Source of the DNA: the human T2T-CHM13v2.0 reference genome, Homo sapiens
NCBI RefSeq assembly: GCF_009914755.1
Contig: NC_060941.1
DNA length: 64,000 bases
Direction: 5' to 3' (one strand)
Shown here one piece after another: positions 41,363 to 55,562 of the stretch. The notes beneath the pieces are model-generated. The model saw only the letters and a list, made by a program, of their open reading frames with translations, was not told the origin of the DNA and made no database searches. Position numbers and translations under genes: made by a program. How positions within the stretch are numbered: the first letter of the stretch is position 1; each line of letters starts with the position of its first letter.

Positions 41363-41662
41363 GGCCGGGCACGGTGGCTCATGCCTGTAATCCCAGCACT
41401 TTGAGAGGCCGAGGCGGGCGGATCACGAGGTCAGGAGTTTGAGACCCGCCTGGCCAATATGGTGAAACCCCGTCTCCACTAACAATACAAAAAATTAGCC
41501 GAGCATGGTGGCAGGCGCCTGTAGTCTCAGCTACTCGGGAGGCTGAGGCAGGAGAATCGCTTGAACCCGGGGAGGCACAGGTGGCAGTGAGCTGACATGG
41601 CACCACTGCACTCCAGCCTGGGTGACCGAGTGAGACTCCGACTCAAAAAAAAAACAACAAAA
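41363..41662 (+). mobile_element. AluS
   Basis: TSD aaaaacagatttt at 41349-41361 and 41663-41675. Confidence 0.95.
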
Positions 41663-41976
41663 AAAAACAGATTTTGTTCAACAACTATTGCAACAAAGGA
41701 AAAGAGACCTCAGAACTGGCCTCAGTTCTTAATACAGCATAGACAAGTGGGGATTTATAGCCAAGGTGCTGTGGGTGAGGGGGCGGGGTAGGGTGTTGGG
41801 AGGAGTAGGGGATGTCTTCGGGCAGGGGGTGAGAGGTTATCAGTGGTTGGAAAATTACTAAGAGGAATCATCAGGGGTCGGGGGATTCTGGCTAAACCCA
41901 CCTAGCCAGATTCTTACTGAAGACAGGCCAGGGTGACCCAACATCACCTGGGGGATAGTAGAGGCTGAGAACCTTT

Positions 41977-42237
41977 TTTTTCTGAGACAGAGTCTCGCAA
42001 TGGTGTGATCTTGGCTCACCGCAACCTCTCCCGGGTTCAAGCGATTCTCCTGCCTCAGCCTCCCCAGTAGCTGGGATTACAGGCATGTGCCACCACGACC
42101 AGCTAACGTTTCTATTTTCAGTAGAGGGGTTTCTTCATGTTGGTCAGGCTGGTCTTGAACTCCTAACCTCAAGGTGATCCACCCGCCTCAGCCTCCCAAA
42201 GTGTTGGGATTACAGGCGTGAGCCACCGCGCCCGGCC
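41977..42237 (-). mobile_element. AluS with a small internal deletion
   Basis: TSD aggctgagaaccttt at 41962-41976 and 42239-42253. Confidence 0.93.
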
Positions 42238-42446
42238 AAGGCTGAGAACCTTTAAATATCGATGGTGATCAGCTATGGAGGATGGGGTATTCTAGCTAAA
42301 CCAACTCAGGAGAATTATTGCTAAAATGGGACATTGCAGAGGCAAAGAGAATGACAAAAGTTGAGGCGTAGTTGAAAAGTTTGGGGGAGCCTGAGTCGTT
42401 TGATTGGGAGAAGAATCTTTGCTAGATTCCAGTGTTTTTTCATGGT

Positions 42447-42970
42447 TTTTTTTTTTTTAAATTGACTTTATTTTTAAGAGCATTTATAGGTTCACAGCAA
42501 GATTGAAGGGAAGGTACAGATATTTATTTATTTATTGAGATATGGTCTCACTATGTGGCTTAGGCTGTAGTGCAGTGAATGTTCAGAGGAGCAATTATAG
42601 CCAGTACAGCCTCAAATTCCTGGGCTTAAGCAATCCTCTTTCCTCAGGGCCTCTGAGGAACTGAGATTACAGGCGTGCCAGCACACCAGGCTCATCAGGG
42701 ATTTCTTATATACTCCTACTCAACCCCTACATGCATAAACTCCCCCATTATCAATATTTCCTACCAAAGTGATACAATAGATGAGCGTACATTGACATCT
42801 CATTATCACCCAAAGTTCATAGTTTACACTGGGGTTCACTGGTGGTGTTGCATAATCTATGGGTTTGGACATACGTATAATGACATGGAAGCTACATGAT
42901 ATTTTCCTACAGGGTAGTTTCACTGCCCTAAAATATTCTGTGAATCGTCTCTTTATGCCCCTCACCCAAC
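42447..42970 (-). mobile_element. L1MC-like 3' end with an old Alu monomer (about 42521-42693) inserted
   Basis: ataggttcacagcaagattg...cattatcacccaaagttcatagtttacactggggttcact. Confidence 0.75.
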
Positions 42971-43264
42971 CCCCAGGATCCCAGTGTTTTCTTTTTGAGT
43001 TTAGCTGCTGATGTTTGTCGGTTTATCAGGCACTCAAAAAACTGCACTCTCTATTCCCTTTGCTCTTTTTAAGGGGGCATCCTTATTTCCTAGACAGATT
43101 TGTGACTGTGTAGATGCTGGGAACATGTTTTGCTTTGGAGTGGGGAGGGGGGAAATCTTGTAAAGATTTCTCTTTGTCACATTTTTGATTTGTGAATTCT
43201 CAGAGGCTGGACCTGGGCTTCCTGGAAGGTAATGCAGATGTGACGTCACAATTTCCTGTCCCGT

Positions 43265-43485
43265 GCTCTTGGGATTGGTGTGAGAATAGTTTATCAGAAT
43301 GGGCTGACCTTCTGCAGATTCCACTGCTGAACTAATTTTATAGATGAGGAAGCTGAGGCCCAGAAAGGCCCAGAAAAGCTGAAGCTCTTGGGATTGGTGT
43401 GAGAACAGTTTATCAGAATGGGCAAAACCTCTGGAGACTCCACTGCTGAGCTAATTTTACAGATGAGGAAGCTGAAGCCCAGAAA
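43265..43485 (+). repeat. Tandem duplication, period 119 bp, about 90% identical over 102 nt, including a MIR core
   Basis: Copies start with gctcttgggattggtgtgagaa at 43265 and 43384. Confidence 0.95.
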
Positions 43486-43589
43486 AGTAACCACTGGGAC
43501 ATGCCGATTAGGAGCAGATATCTTCAAAAAAATAACTTGTCTTTAAAGAAAAAAAAGCAACAGTAAATATATCAGTTATATGAAAATTT

Positions 43590-43882
43590 GGCCAGATGCG
43601 GTGGCTCATGCCTGTAATCCCAACACTTTGGGAGGCCAAGGAGGGTGGATCAGTTGAGGTCAGGAGTTCGACACCAGCCTGTCCAACATGATGAAACTCC
43701 ATCTCTACTAAAAATACAAAAATTAGCTGGGCATGGTGGCGACACCTGTAATCTCAGCTACTCTGGAAGCTGAGGCAGGAGAATTGCTTGAACCGAGGAG
43801 GCGGAGGTTGCAGAGAGCCGAGATCGCACCACTGCACTCCAGCCAGGGCAACAGAGCAAGACTCTGTCTCAAAAAAAAAAAA
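43590..43882 (+). mobile_element. AluS
   Basis: Sense dimer with A tail. Confidence 0.95.
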
Positions 43883-44029
43883 GGAAAAAAAATTTCTATG
43901 TCTCTATTGATGATTCTTTCATGTCAATCAATATTTTCCCCAAAGCAGTGTCAAAACAAGGATTTGGGCAACCTTTGGCCCTTTCAAAGGGAACTTGTAA
44001 AATCTTCATTGGAAGAGGCTGAATAAGTG

Positions 44030-44168
44030 GATTTGGGGGAATGCTAGAATTGTTCTCTATCTTGATGATAGTGGTGGTTACACAATTCTATGCATTTGTC
44101 AAAATTCTTGGAACTGGACACCAAGAATGATTTTTACTATATCTAAGTTAAACAGTAAGTTTAAAAAA
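44030..44168 (+). mobile_element. Old L1M 3' end
   Basis: tgttctctatcttgatgatagtggtggttacac...catttgtcaaaattc. Confidence 0.65.
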
Positions 44169-45032
44169 CGAGAAAGAGTCTTTGTTGGAGTTCAGAAAAC
44201 GTGGGGTATTTCTGCAACTAAACAAGGAAGTCATTTTCCTAACGGGCCAGGAGAAGTGGGTGGGGTGAATGTTTCCCTTGCTCTTCCCAGTTTTCCTCAA
44301 TTGACTTGGAAGACTGGGCCTACCCCAACTCAATGTGGGCTGCAGCTTGCTCTCCTCTCTAAAGCACATTAACTTCCATCATCTGTTTTACGTAAATTTC
44401 CAGGCATCTGTTTGCCTGTTGTGAGTTAGGTTACGCCCATTTCAATAATCTTTTTTATTGTTGTGTAATTTACCAGTTCAAACAGTAACTTCAATTGCTG
44501 GGCTATAGGAGGAGGGATATCACCCGAGGAAAGGAAGAAGCAGAAGAAGATATTAGGGCAACATTTGGTACTGGGTAACATCAGAATTATAGGGCTTTTT
44601 AGAACTGCTCTGGTTCATTTTAATTTCCTACGCCTTTAGCCTTCAAGGTTGGTTTTTAATAGTCCACTTCTAGCTGCAGTATTTAAGAGCCCCAGCAAGA
44701 GTGGGGATGTTCAGTGGTAAAGTCTCGTGTTTCTCCAAAGCCCTGGGACCGCCATTCCCCAGTGGGAAACTGACTTGGCAGGAAGTCAGCTCATCTTCTC
44801 AGCTGACCACTCTATTCTGGAGAGGAAAGGCAAGGGGCAGAGGCTATCTCCGACTGCAGATGAAAATTCTAAATCTTCAAATGTGATTCTGAGCATCCTG
44901 CCTCAATATTGGGAAAAAGGAAAACAGGAATTTATGCCATTAATTCATCTTACTTTCATGGAATTTTTTTCTTTTAAATGAGAACTTAGTGTCTTTCTTT
45001 CCTTTTCCTTCCTTCCATCCTTTCTTTCTTTC

Positions 45033-45195
45033 ATTTATAAAGAAAGGAGTTTATTTCTTACAGTTCTGGAGGCTGACAAGACCAAGATTTTGGGGACACA
45101 TCTGGTGAGGGCCTTCTTGCTGGTGGGGACTCTGTTGAGTCCTGAGGCTGCTTAAGGCATCCGATGGCGAGAGGCTGAGTGCATTCATATGCTCT
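45033..45195 (-). mobile_element. MST-type MaLR LTR fragment
   Basis: tttatttcttacagttctggaggctg...catctggtgagggccttcttgctggtggggactctg. Confidence 0.8.
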
Positions 45196-45481
45196 AAAAG
45201 AGCACTGAGATTCATTTGCAGCCACAAACTCTTATACAAGCATAAATTAGACAATCTAATACTAGTATTATTCTTTACCTGTCTGTTTTTCTTCTGCTTA
45301 GGGTAATATTATTTAACTTTTGATGATGAAAGAATTAGATACCTCTGTTAGCTTTTCTTTATCACACCAGTAGAGGTGGACTTATCTTTCTTCTAGTTTC
45401 CTTTCATTTGTTTTGTTTTACTGGTAGCCTGATTCATATCTGGTAACCAACTCTCAGAGGGGTGTGTGTGTGTGTGTTTAG

Positions 45482-45813
<332 letters not shown>

Positions 45814-46119
45814 TGCCTGATTGGAATGGATTTGTTCTTTTCTCTGCAGTTTGTAGACCATCAGGACACAAGCCCTCACTGGCCCTGGGAGGTGATCTAC
45901 AGGCAGCTGAGCGTGTGACCTTCACTCCTCTAGCCATGACTCAAATAGCTAGTCTTGGATTAGCTGAACAACTTTCAGTTCTGCTGACAATGTTGTCTTC
46001 TCATTTTTTCCCCCCACGAAGGTGGACCTCTATACCCACATAGTATCTCCACTTAGGTGCACATGAATATCAGCAGAATACATGACTAGATTATGACAAG
46101 TTCCAGGCCCACAGATGCC

Positions 46120-46935
<816 letters not shown>

Positions 46936-48301
46936 TGAAATATCCTTAAACAAATTGAAAGCCTGAAATACTCCAAATCCTCCTGGTTCTCAGAATCATG
47001 CACTGTGGCCCAGTTTTTTGAGGCCACTGGTGGTCCTGGAAGTTCATTGTGCTTGTCATCCCCAAATCTTAATGGGGTGACAAGCCTGCTTTGCCCTTAG
47101 GTTTAATTAAAGAAGTAGGATCTTTCTTGGGTTCTGTCACCCTGTGTTCATGTGGGCACACATACCTGGTTAGTATCTCCTAGGCTTGTCCCAAGGAATA
47201 CTCTTGTGGGCTGTGAGCATTGTGTCTTCCTTAGCTTTGGACTGGAGATGCTGTCTAGCCCCATCAGCCTCACAAACATCTATTAGTGATATGTGCCAGG
47301 TTTACGTGCTTTTCAAAAAGGTATCCCTTCCTGCCCACGTGGTAAAGAGGGGAAGAAGAGGCGGGGCCAGGGTTGCTGGAGGGGAGGTGCTGTTGCAATG
47401 ATTGGTGATTTTCCAGGCCTCATAGAAGGCAGTTAACAATGGGATCATGTAAACCAAAGAGCCTTATTGTTTCGAAATTGGACGCCTATTTGAACAATTA
47501 TGATCGGCAGTGATCTGATTAACACTGAAATACCTATTAGGCTACTAATGTATGAATGAAAGAAAAAAATACAGGAATCTATTTAAAGAGAGGACAGGTG
47601 TGTAGCTCTACATGTTCTAAATCATATTAAGAAGAAGCAAAGGAGGGTTAAGAGAGGATCATCATGAATGGAAGAAGGCCCATCAGGAGAGCTGACTACA
47701 AGTCCCAACTCTCTGACCTGCAGCTGGTGACCCATCTCCAAGCAAGTCACCCTCTCTCCTTTAGACTCAGTGTCTTCATTTGAATTGGAGATTACAATAA
47801 CTACCACAAAGGCGTTAAAGTAGGTGATAAAGCAGGTGAAAGTTTGCAAGCTCCAGGGCGCTATATAATTATGAGCTCTGACTATCCCTTTGAGAAACTG
47901 GTTTTCATAATGAGTGACTCAATTAACCTGCATCATGTGCTCACTCTGGAGGCCAGCCTGGGGCTGGACAGGCTGCTGAGGTTGCTGGGATGGGCACACA
48001 GATTCCATGTGAGGGGGTCTTACCCTCGGCCACATCCTCATCCTTTCTTCTGTGTGCCACTGTTGAGATCAGAGAGGTTTCTGAGAGTGAGGGCAGGAAA
48101 GTGTGCCCAGAGGAGGGGCAGAGGAAGAGGAAGGTGTGCCCAGTTAGTGAATGGAAAGAACTTGACTCCAGGACTGCGCGGTTGTAGGGTGAGGGTGGCA
48201 GAAGAAGAGCAGCCAAAGGGGCAAAGAGGGACTTGCCTGGATGATTCTGTGCCAGGAGCCGCTCACACACTTCTCAGGCCTGCCATGCTTCTCACTTGGG
48301 G

Positions 48302-49079
<778 letters not shown>

Positions 49080-49609
49080 TCTTGGGAGATGCCAAGTCTC
49101 TTTATCACAGCAGTAGTTCCCCTGGCTCAGTTATTTTGACAATAATCAAAATAAATTCTGAGGCTCCTTGAGTGCTTTCTGACACATGTGGACAAACACC
49201 AGACTGTCCTGGGGAGAGGGGCCCTCATATGGGTTGTGGGACCAGCAGGCGGTCGAGCACAGTAAATCTGCCCACGGCTCAGGGAATCTTTATTTATGGT
49301 TGATCTCTCATTTCCTTTTTACTAGCTTTATTATGTGGTTTCCTATACACAATTGCCGATTTAGCATTCTGTTCAGCTACTGACAAGCCCTTCTCTAGGG
49401 CCAGTGAGGAAATTCCGGCTGCAGAGTTCAGGGAAGGTTGTGGACCCCAGGCAGGCTGAGAGCAGAATCCAGCATTCCTGCACTTAGCCTCTTCCAGGAG
49501 CCAAACCTCCCTCATTGCCCCCCTGTGGGGTAGAACTGAATGAGTGACAAGTCCCCTGTGCACAAGTCTTGCTTCCTTACATCCTTTCCAAGATCCTGTC
49601 AACAGAAGA

Positions 49610-49845
49610 TAATTGATAACATTTTTGTAACAGCCTACTAGGTACCAGGCTGGGTACCAAAGCTAACTTTGCAGTTCTTTCAAAAGCCCTAGGAGGCAGA
49701 CATCATCTTTTTTTTTTTTCATTATTCAGATGAGAAAACTGCAGCATGGACAGATTAAGTGATGTGTTCCCCAGGTTCACACACGTTAGTAAATGGAGGT
49801 GCTGAGAGTCAGACTCGGTGGCCTGACTTCCAAGCCCAGGCTAAG
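49610..49845 (-). mobile_element. MIR
   Basis: cattattcagatgagaaaactgcagcatggacagattaagtgatgtgttccccagg. Confidence 0.7.
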
Positions 49846-50739
49846 TCAGACTGACAGCGAGATACCCCTAAACCCCCTTCTCTGCAATGGCCCCGAAGAA
49901 CCTTGGGGTTTGGTATTCCTTCAATCGTGGTGATAATGCTTTGATTCTGAATATTAATGTCTTGTAAACTGTCTAGTTGCAGATGGCTTAACACAGGGGA
50001 AAAAGAACTTGGGCTTTATCTGACTTGACCTGCTTTTTAGTCAAATGCAAAATAAGTTGCGAGCCGAGACTCTCTTTAATCCTCAATCACATTAGCCTGA
50101 TGACACTGCTACATTAATTTAAGTGGTTAATGGACAAAGTGGGTCAATCCAGCTTTAGCTTAAATCAAGGCTGACTCCAGTGCTGCTGAGGCAGTCTTCC
50201 TTAAGGGAAAAGCACTCTTCTTCTAACTCCCTGTTGGCAGTCTGCAAGAAGGAGTGCCCGCCCTCTAGGGAATTGCCTTTTCTGGCTCCTGTGATCAAGT
50301 TTCTATGGTTTCCGTATCGGTGCTAGATAGGGGAATTGTGGTCTCAGTGGATTAAGATGGCTTGAAGCTTAGAATGCCTTACTGAGAGGTAAATATTTGG
50401 TCAAAAATAATGTGGAAATTCTCTTTTTTTTTTCCTTTTAATTCCTGTGCCTAGGCAGGAATCAGTTGGAAATCTCTATTCCATAGTAGATAGCTAATAG
50501 ATGATATAGCCTCTAACATGGTATCTAGAATAATAGCAGGCACCCAATAAATTGTCCGACTTGTAAATAATAACTTTCTGATTGTAGATCTGTGATCAAA
50601 GCTTAGTATCCACTTAGTTAACACACCTCCTTTTGGTGTATACAAACTAGCGCTTATACACATATGCTGAATTTTGGTCATATGATATGCCGTAAACTGT
50701 GTATTGAGCAACTTAATAATGATAATAATAATGACAGTA

Positions 50740-50980
50740 GTAGTGGCTGATATTTGTTAAGTATATTCCATATGTCAGGTGTATTCTAAGCATATTATAA
50801 TTATTAATTGTTTAATCCTCATTAAACTTCCATGAATACGTATTGGTGGCTCCATTTTTGTGGATGAGAAAAAGACGCCCAGAAAAGTTAAATAAAGTAT
50901 TCAAAGTGACATAACTTATAAGTGGTAGAGCCAGAATTTAAACCCAGGCAGTCTGACTTTAGATCCCAAATTCCTTAACT
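50740..50980 (-). mobile_element. MIR
   Basis: tttaatcctcatt...ccatttttgtggatgagaaaaag...agtggtagagccagaatttaaacccaggcagtctgact. Confidence 0.8.
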
Positions 50981-51029
50981 AATTTAAGAAGCTAATTTAA
51001 GCTAAACTGAGTCAGCTTTATGAATTTCA

Positions 51030-52054
<1,025 letters not shown>

Positions 52055-52066
52055 AACCTCACTTAA

Positions 52067-52377
<311 letters not shown>

Positions 52378-52380
52378 TGG

Positions 52381-52539
52381 TTTTTTTATTATTATTATCG
52401 TTGTTGTTGTTTTATAATTTCAGCTTTTATTTTAGATTCAGGGGATGCATGTGCAGGAATTTGTTACATAGGTATATTGCATGATGCTGACGTTTGGGGT
52501 ACCGTTGATCCCATCACCCAGGTAGTGAGCATAGTACCC
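52381..52539 (-). mobile_element. Short older L1PA 3' end
   Basis: cttttattttagattcaggggatgcatgtgcagg...gatcccatcacccaggtagtgagcatagtaccc. Confidence 0.85.
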
Positions 52540-53205
52540 CTCTAAAGTATTTTTGGAGGCTTCTAGAGTTGTGTCTTGGGAATTTCCTCGTGGCATGTTT
52601 GTATCAGTTTACTTACCTGATTTCACTGGATTTTTTGGCTGCTGTGTGCTTTGTTGCTTTGTGAAGTAAAGGCTTTGTCAGCAGTCACTGTGATAAAGCC
52701 GGAACAACTGGGCGGGACCCGAGGGATGTTTTCCTTCCAGTGCCCATGGCACATCTGCCTGGGTTTGGTAAGTGTGAGAAGGCAGACTAGTGGCAGGACT
52801 CATGGACAGTGAAATCTCTGGGAGTCCCGGGTGCTATAGTTTTAGGAAAGGCACTTATCAGAGGCCAAAGGCTTTTGTATTTTGGCTTCAGATGCTTGGG
52901 GCAATCTGAAAGCTGGGAAAATAAGGGAAAGGTTATACCCACAAGAGGATCTTAGAGAAACAGATAGCTTGCCCTTTCTACCTTGCATGAAGGGGCCTTC
53001 GTGTTTTCCGGTAGATGGTACCTGCCCTCCAAACCAGGTGGGATGCTAATCTACCTTTCAGCTCTAAAGTTCTACTTGCATTTTACATGTTTCTACCACT
53101 GCTTCCAGAAATAAGAGGGAGCTGGGATTAGAAGTCGTGACCTTAAGACGTGTGGCCAGAGAGGCGTCACCTTCTGATCCCGGTTTGTTTGCTTGCGTTT
53201 CTCAG

Positions 53206-53824
53206 GGACCTGATGCCCAGAACCCTGGACGGGCAGATCACCATGGAGAAGACGCCCAGTTACTTCGTCACGCGGGAGGCCCCCGCGCGCATCTCGGCCA
53301 TGTCCAAGGACACCAAGCTCATCGTGGTGGTGCGGGACCCGGTGACCAGGGCCATCTCGGACTACACGCAGACGCTGTCCAAGCGGCCCGACATCCCCAC
53401 CTTCGAGAGCTTGACGTTCAAAAACAGGACAGCGGGCCTCATCGACACGTCGTGGAGCGCCATCCAGATCGGCATCTACGCCAAGCACCTGGAGCACTGG
53501 CTGCGCCACTTCCCCATCCGCCAGATGCTCTTCGTGAGCGGCGAGCGGCTCATCAGCGACCCGGCCGGGGAGCTGGGCCGCGTGCAAGACTTCCTGGGCC
53601 TCAAGAGGATCATCACGGACAAGCACTTCTACTTCAACAAGACCAAGGGCTTCCCCTGCCTGAAGAAGGCGGAGGGCAGCAGCCGGCCCCATTGCCTGGG
53701 CAAGACCAAGGGCAGGACCCATCCTGAGATCGACCGCGAGGTGGTGCGCAGGCTGCGCGAGTTCTACCGGCCTTTCAACCTCAAGTTCTACCAGATGACC
53801 GGGCACGACTTTGGCTGGGATTGA
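53206..53824 (+). CDS. HS3ST3B1: HS3ST3B1 coding exon 2 (Arg185 to Asp390, TGA stop): remainder of the sulfotransferase domain
   Basis: Acceptor ttgtttgcttgcgtttctcAG|G at 53205/53206 with matching phase (CG+G = Arg). Contains EKTPSYF, the 3'-PB motif [13 protein letters not shown], sequons N258 (NRT) and N329 (NKT), Cys336/Cys348 and KTKGR, and ends GHDFGWD*. 554+619 = 1173 nt = 390 aa + stop. Confidence 0.98.
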
Positions 53825-54417
53825 GCAGACCCGGGCTATGTACCTTACCCACGTGGCTTATCTATTGACAGAGATTATATGTATGTAAAATGTACAGAAA
53901 TCTATTTTATAATAATTTATTTTTAATTCATAAGCAATTAATTCACTAAGCTGCCTAGCCACACTCTTTAGAGAGTTAGCTTCATAATCTGTTAACATTC
54001 CAAAGTGTTTAACTCTAGTATTTCGTTTTCTTCTTCACAATTGATGGTGCTTCTATTTTTTCTTCTCCCCTACCTGTTATATTTAAAACAAAGAAAAGCA
54101 CAACTTGAGATTTTTGTTGTTACGGGTATTCAGCCTTCAGTCACCGTCTGAGTTCTCCAGTTGCTGCCTCCTTGTCTTGTCTTGGGTCTCCCATTCCAGC
54201 TTCCCTGTCTCTTCCTGCCTGTGTACCTCGTAGGAACGCTGAGCTGCCTCAACAGGGCTGTATTCTGAAGGGCAGGCCTCATGCAGCAGCCTCCTTGCAG
54301 ATGTGGTGTCCCGTCCAATGATGTAGCCTGAAAGCCACAGCCCTAGGGTTCTGTCCCTCCCTCCATTCAGCACATGGGGAAATTTCTCACTCCCTTTACA
54401 GGGACATCCACATCCTT

Positions 54418-54727
54418 TTTTTTTCTTTTTTTTTTTTTTTTTTTTTTTTGAGATGGAGTCTTGCTCTTGTTGCCCAGGCTGGGGCGTAATGGTGTGATAT
54501 ATGCTTACCACAACCTCTGGCTCCCGGTTCAAGCGATTCTCCTGTCTCAGCCTCCCAAGTATCTGGGATTACAGGCATGCACCACCATGCCTGGCTAATT
54601 TTGTATTTTTAGTAGAGACGGGGTTTCTTCATGTTGGTCAGGCTGGTATCAAACTCCCGACCTCAGGTGATCCGCCTGCCTTGGCCTCCAAAGTGTTGGG
54701 ATTATAGGCGTGAGCCACTGCGCCCGC
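54418..54727 (-). mobile_element. AluS in the 3' UTR
   Basis: TSD atccacatcctt at 54406-54417 and 54729-54740. Confidence 0.95.
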
Positions 54728-55477
54728 TATCCACATCCTTCTAGAGTCAGAATGGTAGGGTCCGTTGACTTCAGCTTTTGATTTTGCAGGATGGCCCTGT
54801 GTCCTCCTCTGCCCCATTCCCTGGTTCATTAACCAGTTTGAAGTGTATGTAGATTGTTGCCCCGTCTTTCCCAGGTCACATGTGTGAGATGCCTGGGTGC
54901 TGCTTCAGAAATCAAGATGATCTCCTTTAATTTGCATGAAACTACACCATGCTGCGTTCCCCAGGCAGACAGTTCTGCTTTGACACACCAAAGAATCCTG
55001 TAGGCTAGCAGAGCCGCCAGCACAAACCAAGGGCGCTGGGTGTCGAGACTCAGAGGGGTCAGCTGTGTCCCTCGGCATCAGCGTCTACCAAGGTGCTGCT
55101 AGGTACAGAGCCAGCCAGTGTTGGGCAGCAGGCTCACAGCCTCAATAGGGAGAAAAGACAAAGGCCTCAAAATGACAGGCAGCCTGACAGAGGAAGGAGT
55201 CTGACACCTCAGCTTGAGGCGTCTTTGGAATTCCTAGCTCATCTCAGAATTATATCTTAGAGTGATAATATGGGTGGTAGCCAGTGGCCAAACAGCAAGA
55301 ACTAAGAGTGGCCCTTGCAAAAAAAGGTTGGGAAAGCTGGGCCCATATTGCCTGTAAACCCTTGAGCCTGATGCTCATACAGCTGTCCCTTGTTTTAGCC
55401 AGGTCTTGACAGAAGGGTTACCAGCACTGTCACTGCTCTACAGAATGCTCTCCCCGTGCCTCTCTGTTGATTTATAA

Positions 55478-55562
55478 CAGTTGGGTAACCAGATAGCAAT
55501 ATAGTGGCAATTGAGTAGCCATATAGTAATACAGGGGCAGTTGGTTAAACGTATAGCAATAT
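55478..55562 (+). repeat. Degenerate 30-bp minisatellite, about 2.8 copies, in the 3' UTR
   Basis: Units start at 55478, 55508 and 55538. Confidence 0.85.

Larger units (their letters stand above)
41310..42423 (-). mobile_element. MER31-like ERV1 solo LTR interrupted by two Alus
   Basis: ggaaaattactaagagg...gggattctggctaaac...gaagacaggccagggtgacccaacatcacctggggg is the reverse complement of motifs in the LTR at 48302-49079. Confidence 0.75.

Noticed and set aside
53150-53205. Apparent N-terminus [19 protein letters not shown] of the exon 2 ORF
   Set aside because: It is translated intron (branch point and pyrimidine tract) from a GTG; the real exon begins at 53206.
53093-53806. 237-aa antisense ORF and 196-aa shifted-frame ORF over exon 2
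   Set aside because: These are shadows of a coding exon with very high GC3, with no independent signals.
55478-55562. CRISPR-like interpretation of the 30-bp repeats
   Set aside because: The units are contiguous with no spacers, there are no cas genes, and the DNA is human.
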